Source of the DNA: Holophagales bacterium
Lineage (GTDB): Bacteria; Acidobacteriota; Thermoanaerobaculia; UBA5066
Direction of reading: 5' to 3'
NCBI GenBank assembly: GCA_016714815.1
Contig: JADKBZ010000016.1
Coordinates: forward strand, 37,659 to 101,658
DNA: 64,000 nt
A program made the position numbers and the translations under genes. Positions 19,052 through 31,584 of this stretch are shown one piece after another. Each line of letters begins with the position of its first letter. Positions within the stretch are counted from its first letter, which is position 1. The notes beneath the pieces are model-generated. The model saw nothing but the letters and a program-made list of their open reading frames with translations. It searched no databases and had not been told where the DNA came from.

Positions 19052-19978
19052 ATGCGACGCAAGGTCACCGTCATAGGAGCGGGAAACGTCGGGGCGACCG
19101 CCGCCCAGAGAATCGTCGAGAAGGAGCTCGCCGACGTCGTCCTCGTCGACGTGGTCGACGGGATTCCCCAGGGCAAGGGCCTCGACATGTACCAGTCGGG
19201 CGCCGTCGAAGGCTTCGACATGAAGATCGTCGGCTCCAACGGTTTCGAGGAGACCGAGGGGTCCGACCTCTGCATCATGACGGCCGGGCTCGCCCGCAAG
19301 CCGGGCATGTCGCGCGACGACCTCCTGAAGAAGAACGAGGAGATCGTGGCCGACTGCATCGCCAAGGTGACGCGCTACTCGCGCGACCTGACGATCATCG
19401 TCGTCACGAACCCCCTCGACGCGATGTGCGAGGTCGCCCGCCGCGTCTCGAAGCTCCCGAAGCAGAAGGTCGTCGGCATGGCCGGCATCCTCGACGCCTC
19501 CCGGATGCGCGCCTTCATCGCCATGGAGATGAACGTCTCGATGGCGAACATCCACGCCACGGTCCTCGGCGGCCACGGCGACACGATGGTTCCGCTGCCG
19601 CGGTATTCCACGGTCGCCGGCGTCCCGATCACCGAGCTCCTCTCCCCCGAGAGGGTCGCGGCGATCGTCAAGCGGACGGCGGGCGGCGGCGCCGAGATCG
19701 TCAACTTCCTGAAGACCGGCTCGGCCTACTACGCCCCGTCGGCCGCGGCCGTGGAGATGGCCGACGCCATCTTCAACGACAAGAAGAAGATCCTCCCGTG
19801 CGCCGCCTACCTCGAGGGGGAATACGGGATCAACGGCCTCTACGTCGGCGTCCCCGTCGTCCTCGGCAAGGACGGCATCGAGAAGATCATCGAGCTGAAC
19901 CTGACGGCCGAGGAGCTGGCGGCCCTGAAGAAGTCGGCCGACTCGGTCGCCGAGCTCTGCGGGCTGCTCAGCTGCTGA
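19052..19978 (+). CDS. mdh: malate dehydrogenase (LDH-like)
   Basis: [46 protein letters not shown]. Confidence 0.97.
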   Translation: MRRKVTVIGAGNVGATAAQRIVEKELADVVLVDVVDGIPQGKGLDMYQSGAVEGFDMKIVGSNGFEETEGSDLCIMTAGLARKPGMSRDDLLKKNEEIVADCIAKVTRYSRDLTIIVVTNPLDAMCEVARRVSKLPKQKVVGMAGILDASRMRAFIAMEMNVSMANIHATVLGGHGDTMVPLPRYSTVAGVPITELLSPERVAAIVKRTAGGGAEIVNFLKTGSAYYAPSAAAVEMADAIFNDKKKILPCAAYLEGEYGINGLYVGVPVVLGKDGIEKIIELNLTAEELAALKKSADSVAELCGLLSC

Positions 19979-19985
19979 ACGAGAA

Positions 19986-20654
19986 ATGAGCGCGATTCCC
20001 GTCACCGCGGAAAGACCGGCGTTCGGCTCCATCGCCCTGAAGGCGTTGATGGCCCTGACCGGTCTCGTCCTCTTCGGCTTCGTCTTCATCCACATGGTCG
20101 GGAACCTCCAGCTCTACTCGGGGCCGGAGAAGATCAACAAGTACGCGGCCTTCCTGAAGGGGACGCCGGCCGTTCTCTGGGGGTTCCGCCTCACGCTGCT
20201 GGCGGCGGTGGCCCTCCACGCCTTCGCCGCCTTCTCCCTCTGGAGGCGGAACCTGGCCGCGCGACCGGTCGGCTACGCCAGCCAGAGCTTCCAGGCCGCG
20301 ACGATCACCTCGCGGACGATGTACTGGACCGGCCCGATCCTCGGCCTCTTCATCGTCTACCACCTCCTCCACCTCACGGTCGGCTCGGTCCACCCGAGCT
20401 TCAGCCACACCGACGTCTACGCGAACGTCGTCTCGGCCTTCTCGAATCCGGCCGTCTCGATCTTCTACATCGTCGCCATGGTCGCCCTCGGCTTCCACCT
20501 CTTCCACGGCGCCGTCAGCCTGTTCCAGACCCTGGGGCTCCGGACGCCGAAGTACGAGACGCCGCTCAAGGCGGTCGTGCTCGTCGTCTCCACCGTGATC
20601 GTCGTCGTGAACATCTCCTTCCCGATCGCGGTCCTCGCCGGACTGGTGAAGTAG
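19986..20654 (+). CDS. sdhC: succinate dehydrogenase/fumarate reductase cytochrome b subunit
   Basis: MALTG...HMVGNL, 5 TM with His ligands, HLFHG; first gene of sdhCAB. Confidence 0.92.
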   Translation: MSAIPVTAERPAFGSIALKALMALTGLVLFGFVFIHMVGNLQLYSGPEKINKYAAFLKGTPAVLWGFRLTLLAAVALHAFAAFSLWRRNLAARPVGYASQSFQAATITSRTMYWTGPILGLFIVYHLLHLTVGSVHPSFSHTDVYANVVSAFSNPAVSIFYIVAMVALGFHLFHGAVSLFQTLGLRTPKYETPLKAVVLVVSTVIVVVNISFPIAVLAGLVK

Positions 20655-20665
20655 GAGGTCGCGGA

Positions 20666-22578
<1,913 letters not shown>

Positions 22579-22579
<1 letters not shown>

Positions 22580-23373
22580 TGAGCGGCGACAAGGACATCA
22601 ACATCAAGGTCCGCATCTGGCGGCAGAAGGGGCCCTCCGACAAGGGCGGCCTCGTCACCTACGACGTCCCGGGCGTCAGCACCGGCTCCTCCTTCCTCGA
22701 GATGCTCGACCTCGTCAGCGAGCGCCTCATGGAGAAGGGCGAGGAGCCGGTCGCCCTCGACCACGACTGCCGCGAGGGGATCTGCGGCGCCTGCTCGCTC
22801 GTCATCAACGGCGTCCCGCACGGGCCGCGCGCGGCGACGACGACCTGCCAGCTCCACATGCGAACGTTCCACGACGGCCAGACGATCACCGTCGAGCCGT
22901 TCCGGGCGAAGGCGTTCCCCGTCCTCAAGGACCTCATCGTCGACCGGTCGGCCTACGACCGGATCATCGCCGCGGGGGGCTTCGTCTCGGTGAACACCGG
23001 CGTCGGGGTCGACGCGAACACGATCGCCGTCCGCAAGGAGAACGCCGAGCTCGCTATGGACGCGGCGGCGTGCGTCGGCTGCGGCGCCTGCGCCGCCGCC
23101 TGCCCGAATGCCTCGGCGATGCTCTTCGTCGGGGCGAAGGTCTCGCACCTCGGCCTCCTCCCGCAGGGGCAGCCGGAGCGGAAGGAACGGGTCCTGAAGA
23201 TGGTCGCCCAGATGGACGCCGAGGGGTTCGGCGCCTGCACGAACATGGGGGAGTGCGAGGCCGCCTGCCCGAAGGAGATCAAGCTCGAGGTGATCGCGCG
23301 GATGAACCGCGACTACCTCGGCGCCACGCTCACGAAGAGGCCCAGGGGGGCCGAGAAGGGCGGCGGCGCCTAG
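22579..23373 (+). CDS. sdhB: succinate dehydrogenase/fumarate reductase iron-sulfur subunit
   Basis: [32 protein letters not shown]; TAATG overlap with sdhA. Confidence 0.97.
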
Positions 23374-23403
23374 AGCCGCTCCCGAACTCCACGGATCGAA
23401 CGG

Positions 23404-23433
23404 GCGGCCGGGGGAAACCCCGGCCGCTTCTTT
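23404..23433 (+). terminator. intrinsic terminator after sdhCAB
   Basis: gcggccgggg-gaaa-ccccggccgc followed by ttcttt. Confidence 0.8.
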
Positions 23434-23459
23434 GCCGGAAGGGGTGCGAGACTTCCCGG

Positions 23460-24227
23460 GTGAACGAGCCCCAGGACCCGAACGACCCCTACGCCCGCCT
23501 CTCCTATCGCCGTCTCATCGCCTGGCCGGCCCGGATCCAGCGCGAGGCCCCGTTTCTCCGGGAGGTCCTCGCCGGCGCGCCGTCGAAACGCCTCCTCGAT
23601 CTCGGCTGCGGGACGGGCGAGCACGCGCGCTTCCTGCAGGAGGAGGGCTTCGACGTGACGGGCGTCGACGCGTCCGAGGCCCAGCTCGCCCAGGCGCGCG
23701 AGGCGGGTCCGGGGCCGGAGTTCGTCAGGGGAGATCTCGCGGCGCTGGGCAGCGCCGTGTGCGGCCCGTTTGGCGGAGCGATCTCTCTCGGCAACGGCCT
23801 CCCGCATCTCTTCCCGGAGGAGATGGCCCGGTTCCTCGCCGGCCTGGCCCCGCTCCTGCTTCCCGGTTCGCCCGTCCTCTTCCAGCTCCTGAACTACGAC
23901 CGGATCCTCGACCAGCGCGTCACGAGCCTGCCGCTGAACGTCCGCGAGGACGAAGGCGAGCGGGTCGTCTTCCTCCGGCTGCTGGACCCGCGCCCCGACG
24001 GCACCGTCCTCTTCAACCCGACGACCCTCCGCTGGCGGCCGGGCGTCGAGCCGCCGGTCGAGGTGGTCGCGGGGAAGAACGTCGTCCTGAAGGGGTGGCG
24101 GCGGGTGGAGCTGGAAGCGGCCGTCGCCGCGGACGGCTTCCACGTCGAGGAGGTCTTCGGCGGGATGAAGCGCGAGGGCTGGGACGCCGCGACGTCGCCC
24201 GACACGGTGGTCCTGGCGCGGAGGTGA
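23460..24227 (+). CDS. class I SAM-dependent methyltransferase
   Basis: LLDLGCGTGEH, VTGVDAS, GNGLPHL; GTG start. Confidence 0.88.
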   Translation: MNEPQDPNDPYARLSYRRLIAWPARIQREAPFLREVLAGAPSKRLLDLGCGTGEHARFLQEEGFDVTGVDASEAQLAQAREAGPGPEFVRGDLAALGSAVCGPFGGAISLGNGLPHLFPEEMARFLAGLAPLLLPGSPVLFQLLNYDRILDQRVTSLPLNVREDEGERVVFLRLLDPRPDGTVLFNPTTLRWRPGVEPPVEVVAGKNVVLKGWRRVELEAAVAADGFHVEEVFGGMKREGWDAATSPDTVVLARR

Positions 24228-24278
24228 AGACCCTCGCGGCTCCGCGCCTATGATTCGCGGCAGGAGAGAACCGCACCG

Positions 24279-26960
24279 ATGGTGGACGAGCGGCCCGAGC
24301 CGGGAGACGTCGGGACGGCGGCAGTCGAGATGGCCGCGCCGTCCGTGCGTCTCTTCGCTCCCGGCACCGAGATCGGCCGGCGGTACGAGGTGCACGGCGT
24401 CCTCGGCATGGGCGGCTCGGCGGTCGTCTACGAGGCGTTCGACCGGGAGCTGAAGCGCCGGGTCGCGCTGAAGGTCCTCCGGACGGACCGGACGTCGGAG
24501 GCGTCGCTGAAACGGTTCCGGCACGAGGTGGCGATCGCGCGAGACGCGGCCGGGAGCCGCCTCGTCCGGGTTTTCGACATCGGCCAGTCGGGCGGGACGG
24601 TCTTCCTGACGATGGAGCTCGTCGAGGGGGAGTCGCTCCGCGAGCTCCTCTCCCGCGGGCCGCTCGCTCCGGAGCGGGCGGTCGGGATCGGGACGGAGGT
24701 CCTGCACGCGCTGGCCGACCTGCACCGTCTCGGCATCGTCCACCGGGACGTGAAGCCCGGGAACATCCTCATCGCGGCGACGGGGGAGGTGAAGCTCGCC
24801 GACTTCGGCCTCGCGCGCCACTGGGAGGGGGCGGAGACGCGCGTGACCGAGCCGGAGGGGCTCGTCGGGACGGTGGAGTACCTCTCCCCCGAGCAGGCGC
24901 TCGGCGACCTCCTCGACGCGCGGAGCGACCTCTACTCCTTCGGCGTCGTCCTCTTCGAGATGCTCGCGGGGAAGGTTCCGCTGCGCGGCGACTCGGCCAT
25001 CGGGACGATCGTCGCGCACATTCGCCAGGAGCCGCCCGACGTGAGGAAGGTCCGGCCGAAGGCGCCCACGTGGCTCGCGGGGGTCGTGGCGCGCCTCCTC
25101 GCGAAGGACCGGGAGAGGCGCTACACGACGGCCGACGACGTTCTCGCCGATCTCGGAGCCCGGAGGGCGCGCAGAGCGCCCCGCCGGCTCAGCCGGCGCT
25201 TCGTCCTGGGCGGGGCGGCGGCGTTCCTTGCGGCGCTCATTCTCCTGGCGCTCGTGCCGGTCTTCCCGTGGAACCAGCCGCGCCTGTCGCGCCTCGTTCC
25301 GGACGGCGCCGGGGGAGTCCAGGCGCTCGACGGCGAGGGCCGGCTCCTCTGGCGGCGCCCGGACGCGGAATCGGGCCGGAGCGTGGCGCTCGTCCGGCTC
25401 GCAGAGGGGCGTACCGCGGCCGTCGCCGTCCGGGGCGGCCTCACCGAGCCGAAGAAGGCGCTCGAGATCCTCGACCCGTCCACCGGCCGGACCCTCTCGG
25501 AGATGCCGCTCCCCGACCCGGCCGACACGTTCGCGGGATTCGCGAATACGTACATTCCGGGGGCGGTTCTCGCCTTCGACGTCGAAGGGGACGGCGTCGA
25601 CGAGGTCGCGGTGACGCTCGCGAACAGCCCGCTCTTCCCCTCGGCGACCTACGTCTGCGACCTCGCGAATCGGCGGGTCCTCGCGGCATTCCACGGTTCG
25701 GGGCATCACTACGCGGCGGCCGCGGCGGACGTCGACGGGGACGGGCGGAAGGAGCTCGTTCTCGCCGGCTACAACAACCGGATGGGGTACTCCGGCGCGG
25801 TGGCGGCGTTCCGGGTTCCGAAGGACGGGGGGATCCTGACCGGCGGGACCGAGCTCCCGTTCGCGGAATCGCCGGACCGCCCGACCTGGGAGGGCTGGTC
25901 CCCGCATCTGGCCTGGTACGCCCTCGTGCCGCTCGCCGCCGTCGGTGGGAGAGCGTCCATCTCCGTCGACACCACCGGAGGAGTCCTGGGTATCGGACCG
26001 TTCGGTCCCCGCCGGGTCGAGCTGGCGCTCGACGGCTTCCCGCCAGGACCCCGCGAACGCGGGGAGGAGCGGCGGCGCGCCCTCGCACGCGAAGAGGCGT
26101 ACGTTCACCTTCGCGAGACGGCGCGACTCGGCGAAACGGGCGACCCCGCGGAGGGGTTGGCCGAGGCGGAGCGGGCGCTGGAGAGGTCCCGGGCCGCGGG
26201 TGACGTTCCGCTCACGCAGTGGGCGTCCCGCGTCCGGGCGAAGGCTTTTCTCGACGCCGGGCGCCCGGCCGACGCCGACTCGGCCTGGGTCTCTTCCTTC
26301 GAGCGCCATGGGGAGCCAGCGCCCGTCGCCCTCGAGGCGGGCCGGGCGTTCCACCTCAAGGGAGAGCTCGACCGGGCGATCTCGTGGTACCGGCGAGGCC
26401 TCGGGGGACGCGGCAGCCACGCGAGGGGCGGTCATCACCCCCGCGACCTCCTCGGCGGCGAGGTGCTCGCCCTCGGCGAAACGGGCCGATGGGAAGACGC
26501 CGCGATCGAGATCGACAGGTTCGAGGCGGCCTATCCCCTCCTCGTTTCCGATGCGGCGGTACTGCGTGGCTACGTCGCGTGGCGAACGTTGCGCCGGCCG
26601 CGCCGCCTCGAAGGCAGGAAGGACGAACCCGGGCTCATTCGATACTGGGGGCTCGAGATCCGCCGCGTCCTCGGCGACGCGCCGGCCACCCTCCTCGGCG
26701 AGGTCGACCGGCTCGGCCGGGAGGTGGAGGACGTGGCCCCGCTCCTGGCGTCGCTGCGGGCGGAGCTCCTGTTCGACACGGGTCGCGTGGCCGAAGGGAA
26801 GGCGCTCGCCGCCGAGGCCGTGGCCGACGCCACGCGTGAAGCGAAGGGCGACGTCGGCATCCGGGCCCACCTCGCTCTCGTCGCGGAGAGAGCCCGGCGC
26901 CGCGGAGTCCTCTCCGCCGAGCCCGCGGAGCCTCCGGGTCGACGGGTAAGCCGGCGCTGA
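24279..26960 (+). CDS. Ser/Thr protein kinase with TM, FG-GAP-like repeats and C-terminal TPR-like helices
   Basis: LGMGGSAVVY, VALKVL, HRDVKPGN, DFGLA, YLSPEQ; DVEGDGVDEV and DVDGDGRKEL. Confidence 0.88.
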   Translation: MVDERPEPGDVGTAAVEMAAPSVRLFAPGTEIGRRYEVHGVLGMGGSAVVYEAFDRELKRRVALKVLRTDRTSEASLKRFRHEVAIARDAAGSRLVRVFDIGQSGGTVFLTMELVEGESLRELLSRGPLAPERAVGIGTEVLHALADLHRLGIVHRDVKPGNILIAATGEVKLADFGLARHWEGAETRVTEPEGLVGTVEYLSPEQALGDLLDARSDLYSFGVVLFEMLAGKVPLRGDSAIGTIVAHIRQEPPDVRKVRPKAPTWLAGVVARLLAKDRERRYTTADDVLADLGARRARRAPRRLSRRFVLGGAAAFLAALILLALVPVFPWNQPRLSRLVPDGAGGVQALDGEGRLLWRRPDAESGRSVALVRLAEGRTAAVAVRGGLTEPKKALEILDPSTGRTLSEMPLPDPADTFAGFANTYIPGAVLAFDVEGDGVDEVAVTLANSPLFPSATYVCDLANRRVLAAFHGSGHHYAAAAADVDGDGRKELVLAGYNNRMGYSGAVAAFRVPKDGGILTGGTELPFAESPDRPTWEGWSPHLAWYALVPLAAVGGRASISVDTTGGVLGIGPFGPRRVELALDGFPPGPRERGEERRRALAREEAYVHLRETARLGETGDPAEGLAEAERALERSRAAGDVPLTQWASRVRAKAFLDAGRPADADSAWVSSFERHGEPAPVALEAGRAFHLKGELDRAISWYRRGLGGRGSHARGGHHPRDLLGGEVLALGETGRWEDAAIEIDRFEAAYPLLVSDAAVLRGYVAWRTLRRPRRLEGRKDEPGLIRYWGLEIRRVLGDAPATLLGEVDRLGREVEDVAPLLASLRAELLFDTGRVAEGKALAAEAVADATREAKGDVGIRAHLALVAERARRRGVLSAEPAEPPGRRVSRR

Positions 26961-27065
26961 CGGCTTCGGAACCTCACGTCGGGGCCGTGGAGTCCACGGT
27001 TCCCGGCGGCCGTTCCCCTCCCCCGGAAGTTTCCCGTGCCCTTCGATTGCGCCATCATCGGAGCC

Positions 27066-28832
27066 ATGGCACCCGTCCTCCCGCTCGTCCTGGCGGCGGC
27101 TCTCGCCGCCGCCCCCGCGCCCCCGCGCCCCGAAACGAGCGCCCCGCACGGCCCTCTTCCCGATGCGCTGATCCGCGCCCGCGTCGGGACGCACCTGGAC
27201 CGGCTCGCCGCCCTCGGCTACACGGGCGCCGTCCTCGTCCTGCGCAATGGCAGGCCCGTGGTCGAACGCGCTTGGGGCTATGCGGATCGCGACAAGGGGA
27301 TCCGGGCCGACACCCGCTCCACCTGGAACCTCGGCTCCGTCACCAAGCAGTTCACGGCGGCGGCCATCCTGAAGCTCGAGGAGCGGGGGAAGCTCCGCAC
27401 CACCGACTCCATCACGCGCTGGTTCCCCGAAGCCCAGGGCGCCAAGCGCACCATCACCATTCACCAACTCCTCACGCACACCGCGGGCTTCGAGTCGGAC
27501 TACGCGCCCGGCGACTACGTTCCCAACACGCGCGCCGAGTACATGGCGCGCATGCTCGCCGCGCCCCTTCAGTCGCCTCCCGGCACAGAGCACTCGTACG
27601 CGAACTCCGGCTACTCGATGCTCGCCGCCATCATCGAGATGGTCACCGGAAAGGAGTACGAGGCGGCGCTCACCGACCTCGTCCTCGCCCCCGCCGGAAT
27701 GACCGAGACCGGCTACCTGCGGCCCAACTGGGCACCCGGGCGGATCACCCACGGCTATCAGGACGGCCGCGACTGGGGGACGATCGTCGACCGTCTGAAG
27801 GTACCGGGCGCCCCCTTCTGGGCGCTGCGCGGAAACGGCGGCCTGCAGACGACGCTGGCCGACATGACGCGCTGGGAGCGCGCCCTCACGAGCAACACCG
27901 TCCTCGCCGCTTCGTCGCGCCGGAAGTTCATGACCGGCCACGTGAGCGAGGGGGGGCAGGGCGACTCGCGGTACGCGTACGGCTGGGCCGTCCACCCGAG
28001 CGAGCGGGGGACGCGCGTGGTCGAGCACAACGGCGGCAACGGCATCTACGTGGCGGAATTTCGCCGCCTCGTCGACGAGGGGATCACGATCTTCGTCACC
28101 TCGAGCGTCGCCGAGCTGACGGCGACGCCCGTCGTCGATGCGGTCGAGGAGCTCGTCTTCGGCGGCGCGGTGGAGCTGCCGCCGGCGGTCGCGGCGGTCG
28201 ACGGGAAGGAGCTCGCGGCGTTCGCGGGCCGGTGGCGCACCGAGGGGGGCGAGCCGCTCGACGTCGAGGCCCGGGACGGTCGCCTGCTCGTTCGCGCCGG
28301 TGGCCCCTCTTCGTGGCTTCTGCTCACCCTCGGCGACACCGCGCAGTCGCCGCGCGAGAGCGAGCTGGCCGCGAAGGCGCTCGCCATCTGGCAGGCGGCC
28401 TCCAGGGGCGACGCGAAGCCGCTCTTCGAAGCTCTCGGGGGAAGGGAGCCCCTCGATCAGCTCACGGAGCAGGTGAAGGGCCTCGCCGCCGATCGCGCCG
28501 AACGCCTCGGCGCTCTGAAGGAGGTCTCGCTCCTCGGTTCCGTGCGGCGGAACGGCGGCATCGTCGTCAGCACGGTACGTCTCGACTTCGAGCGCGCCGT
28601 CGTCTCGAACGTCCTCGTCTGGGGTCCCGACGGCACCCTCAGCGACCGGATCGCACGGCCGCTCGCTCCGGCCGTCTTCGTCCCGGTCGGCCCGGGCGCG
28701 TTCCAGAGGTTCGACCTGCGCGGCGGACCGCCGGACCCCGCCGTGCGGCTCGAGCGGGACGGCGAAACGGGCCGGATCGCCCTCGTGGCGCCCGGCGGCC
28801 GGCGGGTCGTCTTCACGAAGCCGTCGCCCTGA
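27066..28832 (+). CDS. serine hydrolase (beta-lactamase/AmpC-like family) with C-terminal extension
   Basis: Signal peptide; SVTK (SxxK), YANSGY (YxN), HNGG. Confidence 0.9.
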   Translation: MAPVLPLVLAAALAAAPAPPRPETSAPHGPLPDALIRARVGTHLDRLAALGYTGAVLVLRNGRPVVERAWGYADRDKGIRADTRSTWNLGSVTKQFTAAAILKLEERGKLRTTDSITRWFPEAQGAKRTITIHQLLTHTAGFESDYAPGDYVPNTRAEYMARMLAAPLQSPPGTEHSYANSGYSMLAAIIEMVTGKEYEAALTDLVLAPAGMTETGYLRPNWAPGRITHGYQDGRDWGTIVDRLKVPGAPFWALRGNGGLQTTLADMTRWERALTSNTVLAASSRRKFMTGHVSEGGQGDSRYAYGWAVHPSERGTRVVEHNGGNGIYVAEFRRLVDEGITIFVTSSVAELTATPVVDAVEELVFGGAVELPPAVAAVDGKELAAFAGRWRTEGGEPLDVEARDGRLLVRAGGPSSWLLLTLGDTAQSPRESELAAKALAIWQAASRGDAKPLFEALGGREPLDQLTEQVKGLAADRAERLGALKEVSLLGSVRRNGGIVVSTVRLDFERAVVSNVLVWGPDGTLSDRIARPLAPAVFVPVGPGAFQRFDLRGGPPDPAVRLERDGETGRIALVAPGGRRVVFTKPSP

Positions 28833-28894
28833 CCCGGCGTCCCGCGCGGCGCCGGCTGGACAGCGGGGAGCCGCGCGCCCGTGGAGCCGCGGCG

Positions 28895-29668
28895 TCAGGC
28901 CCGCTGCAGCAGCAGGACGGCGGTGACGCCGAGGCCGATGACGACGACGGCCGCCCTCGCCTTCTCCTTGCCGATCCGCCGGGCGAAGCGCGCCCCGGCG
29001 TAGCCGCCGATCGTCGCCCCCGCGATCATGACGAGCGCGACCGGCCAGAGGACGGCGCCGTTGAAGATGAACCAGGCGGCGGCGACGGCGTTGATCGTGA
29101 TGCCGAAGAAGTTCTTCAGCCCGTTCATCGCGTGGATGTCGGTGAGGCCGAGGAAGCCGAGGACGACGAGCATCAGGATCCCGATTCCCGCGCCGAAGTA
29201 GCCGCCGTAGACGGCGACGGCGAGCTGTGCGAGCGTCGCGACGCCCCAGCGTGCCGCCGTCGGGCCTCCCGGGGCGTGGACCTCGACGTCTCCCTTCCGC
29301 TTGGCCAGGACGATCTGGAGGAGGAAGAGGAGCGTCGCGAAGAGGACGAGGAACGGGGCGAGGCTCGCGAAGAGCTTCTCGGGGGTCTTCAGGAGGAGGA
29401 CCGACCCGATGGCGCCGCCGACGAGGCTCGGGAGGAAGAGGGTCTTCAGCCACGCGCGGTGCGTCGACACCTCGCGCCGGTAGCCGGCGAGGCTCGCGGC
29501 GGCGCCGGGGAGGAGCGCGATCGTCGACGTGGCGTTCGCCTGGATCGCCGGGACGCCGAGAAGGAGGAGCGTCGGGAAGGTGAGGATCGTCCCGCCCCCC
29601 GCGAGGGCGTTCATGACGCCCGCGGCGGCCGACGAGGCGAGGAGGGCGGCGATCGCCCCAGCCGTCAC
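28895..29668 (-). CDS. sulfite exporter TauE/SafE (TSUP) family permease
   Basis: MNALAGGG, YGGYFGAGIG, NGLKN. Confidence 0.9.
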   Translation of the reverse strand: MTAGAIAALLASSAAAGVMNALAGGGTILTFPTLLLLGVPAIQANATSTIALLPGAAASLAGYRREVSTHRAWLKTLFLPSLVGGAIGSVLLLKTPEKLFASLAPFLVLFATLLFLLQIVLAKRKGDVEVHAPGGPTAARWGVATLAQLAVAVYGGYFGAGIGILMLVVLGFLGLTDIHAMNGLKNFFGITINAVAAAWFIFNGAVLWPVALVMIAGATIGGYAGARFARRIGKEKARAAVVVIGLGVTAVLLLQRA

Positions 29669-29746
29669 GCCGGCTCCGGGGGAGAGGTGCGCAGCGTGAC
29701 CTTCACGCTCCGGATCATGCCATCCGTCGGCTATTCTCCGCCCCGA

Positions 29747-30595
29747 ATGCGCAGACGGATCGGACTCTGGCTCCTCGCCCTCCTCCTCACGCTGTCCTCG
29801 GCCATCTGGCAGCGCCTCACCGGCCCGACGAACCCCGTCCGCGGGAAGGTGACGCTCGGAGGGGACGAGATCCGTCTCCGCCTCCTCCGCTCCCAGGGAG
29901 GCGACGGCGACCAGCCGGTCGTCGTGAAGGGGATTGATCCGCAGGTGACCGGGAGCGTGGCCTGGCGCCGCTATCCGACGAAAGACCCCTTCGTCCTCCT
30001 CCCGATGGTCCGCGAGGGGGGCGAGCTGAAGGCCGCGCTGCCGCACCAGCCCCCGGCGGGGAAGCTCGAGTACCAGGTGCGGCTGCAGCGCGGGGCCGAG
30101 ACGGTCGTCTTCCCGGCCAAGCCGGCCATCACGCGGTTCAAGGGGGCCGTGCCCGCGGTGATCCTGGCGCCGCACATCGTCACGATGTTCACGGGGATGC
30201 TCGTCGCCAACGCGGCCGGCCTCCTCGCCCTGCGCGGCGAGAAGAGCCTCCTGCGGATCTCCCTCGTCGTCATCGGCCTCCTGTCCATTGGCGGGCTCTT
30301 CCTCGGGCCGCTCGTCCAGAAGGCCGCGTTCGGGGCGTATTGGACCGGCTGGCCCTTCGGCACCGACCTGACCGACAACAAGACCGCCGTCGCCGTCCTC
30401 GCGTGGGTCGTCGCCGCGTTCCTGGCGCGCGGGGGGCGCGACGCGCGCGTCGCCGTCGGCATCGCGGCGGTCGTCACGCTCGCCGTCTTCATGGTCCCCC
30501 ACAGCGCCTGGGGCTCGCAGGTCGACTGGTCGAAGGTGAAGGAGGGGACCCCGGCCGCCGCCGCTCCGGCGGCGGTCCCGACCCCCGGCGGGTAG
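29747..30595 (+). CDS. conserved hypothetical membrane protein
   Basis: WQRLTGPT, LPHQPPAGKLEY, TRFKGAVP, WTGWPFGTDLTDNKT; 5 hydrophobic segments. Confidence 0.75.
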   Translation: MRRRIGLWLLALLLTLSSAIWQRLTGPTNPVRGKVTLGGDEIRLRLLRSQGGDGDQPVVVKGIDPQVTGSVAWRRYPTKDPFVLLPMVREGGELKAALPHQPPAGKLEYQVRLQRGAETVVFPAKPAITRFKGAVPAVILAPHIVTMFTGMLVANAAGLLALRGEKSLLRISLVVIGLLSIGGLFLGPLVQKAAFGAYWTGWPFGTDLTDNKTAVAVLAWVVAAFLARGGRDARVAVGIAAVVTLAVFMVPHSAWGSQVDWSKVKEGTPAAAAPAAVPTPGG

Positions 30596-30660
30596 GGCTC
30601 CACGGCCCGGCCTCTCGTAACCCGTTCGGGGGATGCGCAGGGGAAGGGCATTGGTGATAG

Positions 30661-31584
30661 TTGGCGTCGTCTGGACCAGACCGGGAGCCGGGGAATGCCG
30701 GAACCGTGCTGCGGGAGGGCGACATGCCGGACCAGGAGCGATTCGAGCAGACGGAAGGGTGGGGGCCGGATGGACCCGGTGGCGTTGCACCGGTCGCAGA
30801 AGCCCGCCTCCCGGGAATGCGCCTGGCAGGCGCCTGCGGGTCCTGCGACGTCGCCCGGGAGCTCGCCACCGAGAAGGCCCGCCTCGCTGCCTGGCTGGCT
30901 CACGAGCTGCGGACGCCCCTCAACTGCGTCCTCGGCTATGCCGAGCTCCTCTGCGAGCAGCTCGCGCTCCCCGGCCGCCGTGAACTGCTGTCCGACGCCG
31001 AGCGCGTGAGGGACCTCGCCCTTCACCAGCTCGCCCTCCTCGACGACGTCCTCGACCTCGCCCGGCTCGAGCACGGCAGCGTCCCCTTCCGGACCGGGCC
31101 GGTCGACGGGACCCGCGTCCTCGGGCACGTCGCGGCGGCGGCGCTTCCCCTCGTCCAGCGGGGGGGCAACCGCCTCTACCTCTCCGTCGACTCCGAGGTC
31201 TGGGTCCTCGCCGACGAGACGCGCCTTCGGCAGGTCCTTCTGAACCTCGTCGGAAACGCCGCGAAGTTCACCCGCGACGGTCTCGTCGCGCTCGGCTCGA
31301 CGGCGCGCGACGGGACCGTCTCCCTCCACGTCCGCGACACCGGCTGCGGGATGACCGCGGCGGAAGCGGAGCGGATCTTCCGGCCGTTCCAGCAGGCGAA
31401 TGCCGCCGTCGCGTCGGCGTACGGCGGCTCCGGGCTCGGCCTGGCCATATCGAAGGAGCTGTGCGAGCGGATGGGCGGGTCGATCTCGCTCGAGAGCGCC
31501 GTCGGGGAGGGGACGACCTTCACCGTCACCCTCCCCGCGGCCACTCCTCCGGGAAACGGCGTCAGGGAATCGGCTTCAGCGTGA
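30661..31584 (+). CDS. soluble orphan histidine kinase (HisKA plus HATPase); true start uncertain
   Basis: LAHELRTPL, NLVGNAAKFT, DTGCGM, GGSGLGLAI; no TM or sensor domain. Confidence 0.82.
   Translation: MASSGPDREPGNAGTVLREGDMPDQERFEQTEGWGPDGPGGVAPVAEARLPGMRLAGACGSCDVARELATEKARLAAWLAHELRTPLNCVLGYAELLCEQLALPGRRELLSDAERVRDLALHQLALLDDVLDLARLEHGSVPFRTGPVDGTRVLGHVAAAALPLVQRGGNRLYLSVDSEVWVLADETRLRQVLLNLVGNAAKFTRDGLVALGSTARDGTVSLHVRDTGCGMTAAEAERIFRPFQQANAAVASAYGGSGLGLAISKELCERMGGSISLESAVGEGTTFTVTLPAATPPGNGVRESASA

Noticed and set aside
27066-28832. Beta-lactam resistance gene
   Set aside because: SxxK/YxN serine hydrolases of this length with extra domains are common esterases or peptidases; nothing supports a true beta-lactamase.
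23370-29453. 2027-aa minus-strand ORF, and other very long antisense or alternate-frame ORFs (10309-14103, 37002-39746, 42213-45740, 4813-7368)
   Set aside because: They are Arg/Pro/Gly-rich shadows of real genes on the opposite strand, expected where high GC makes stop codons rare, and have no family motifs.
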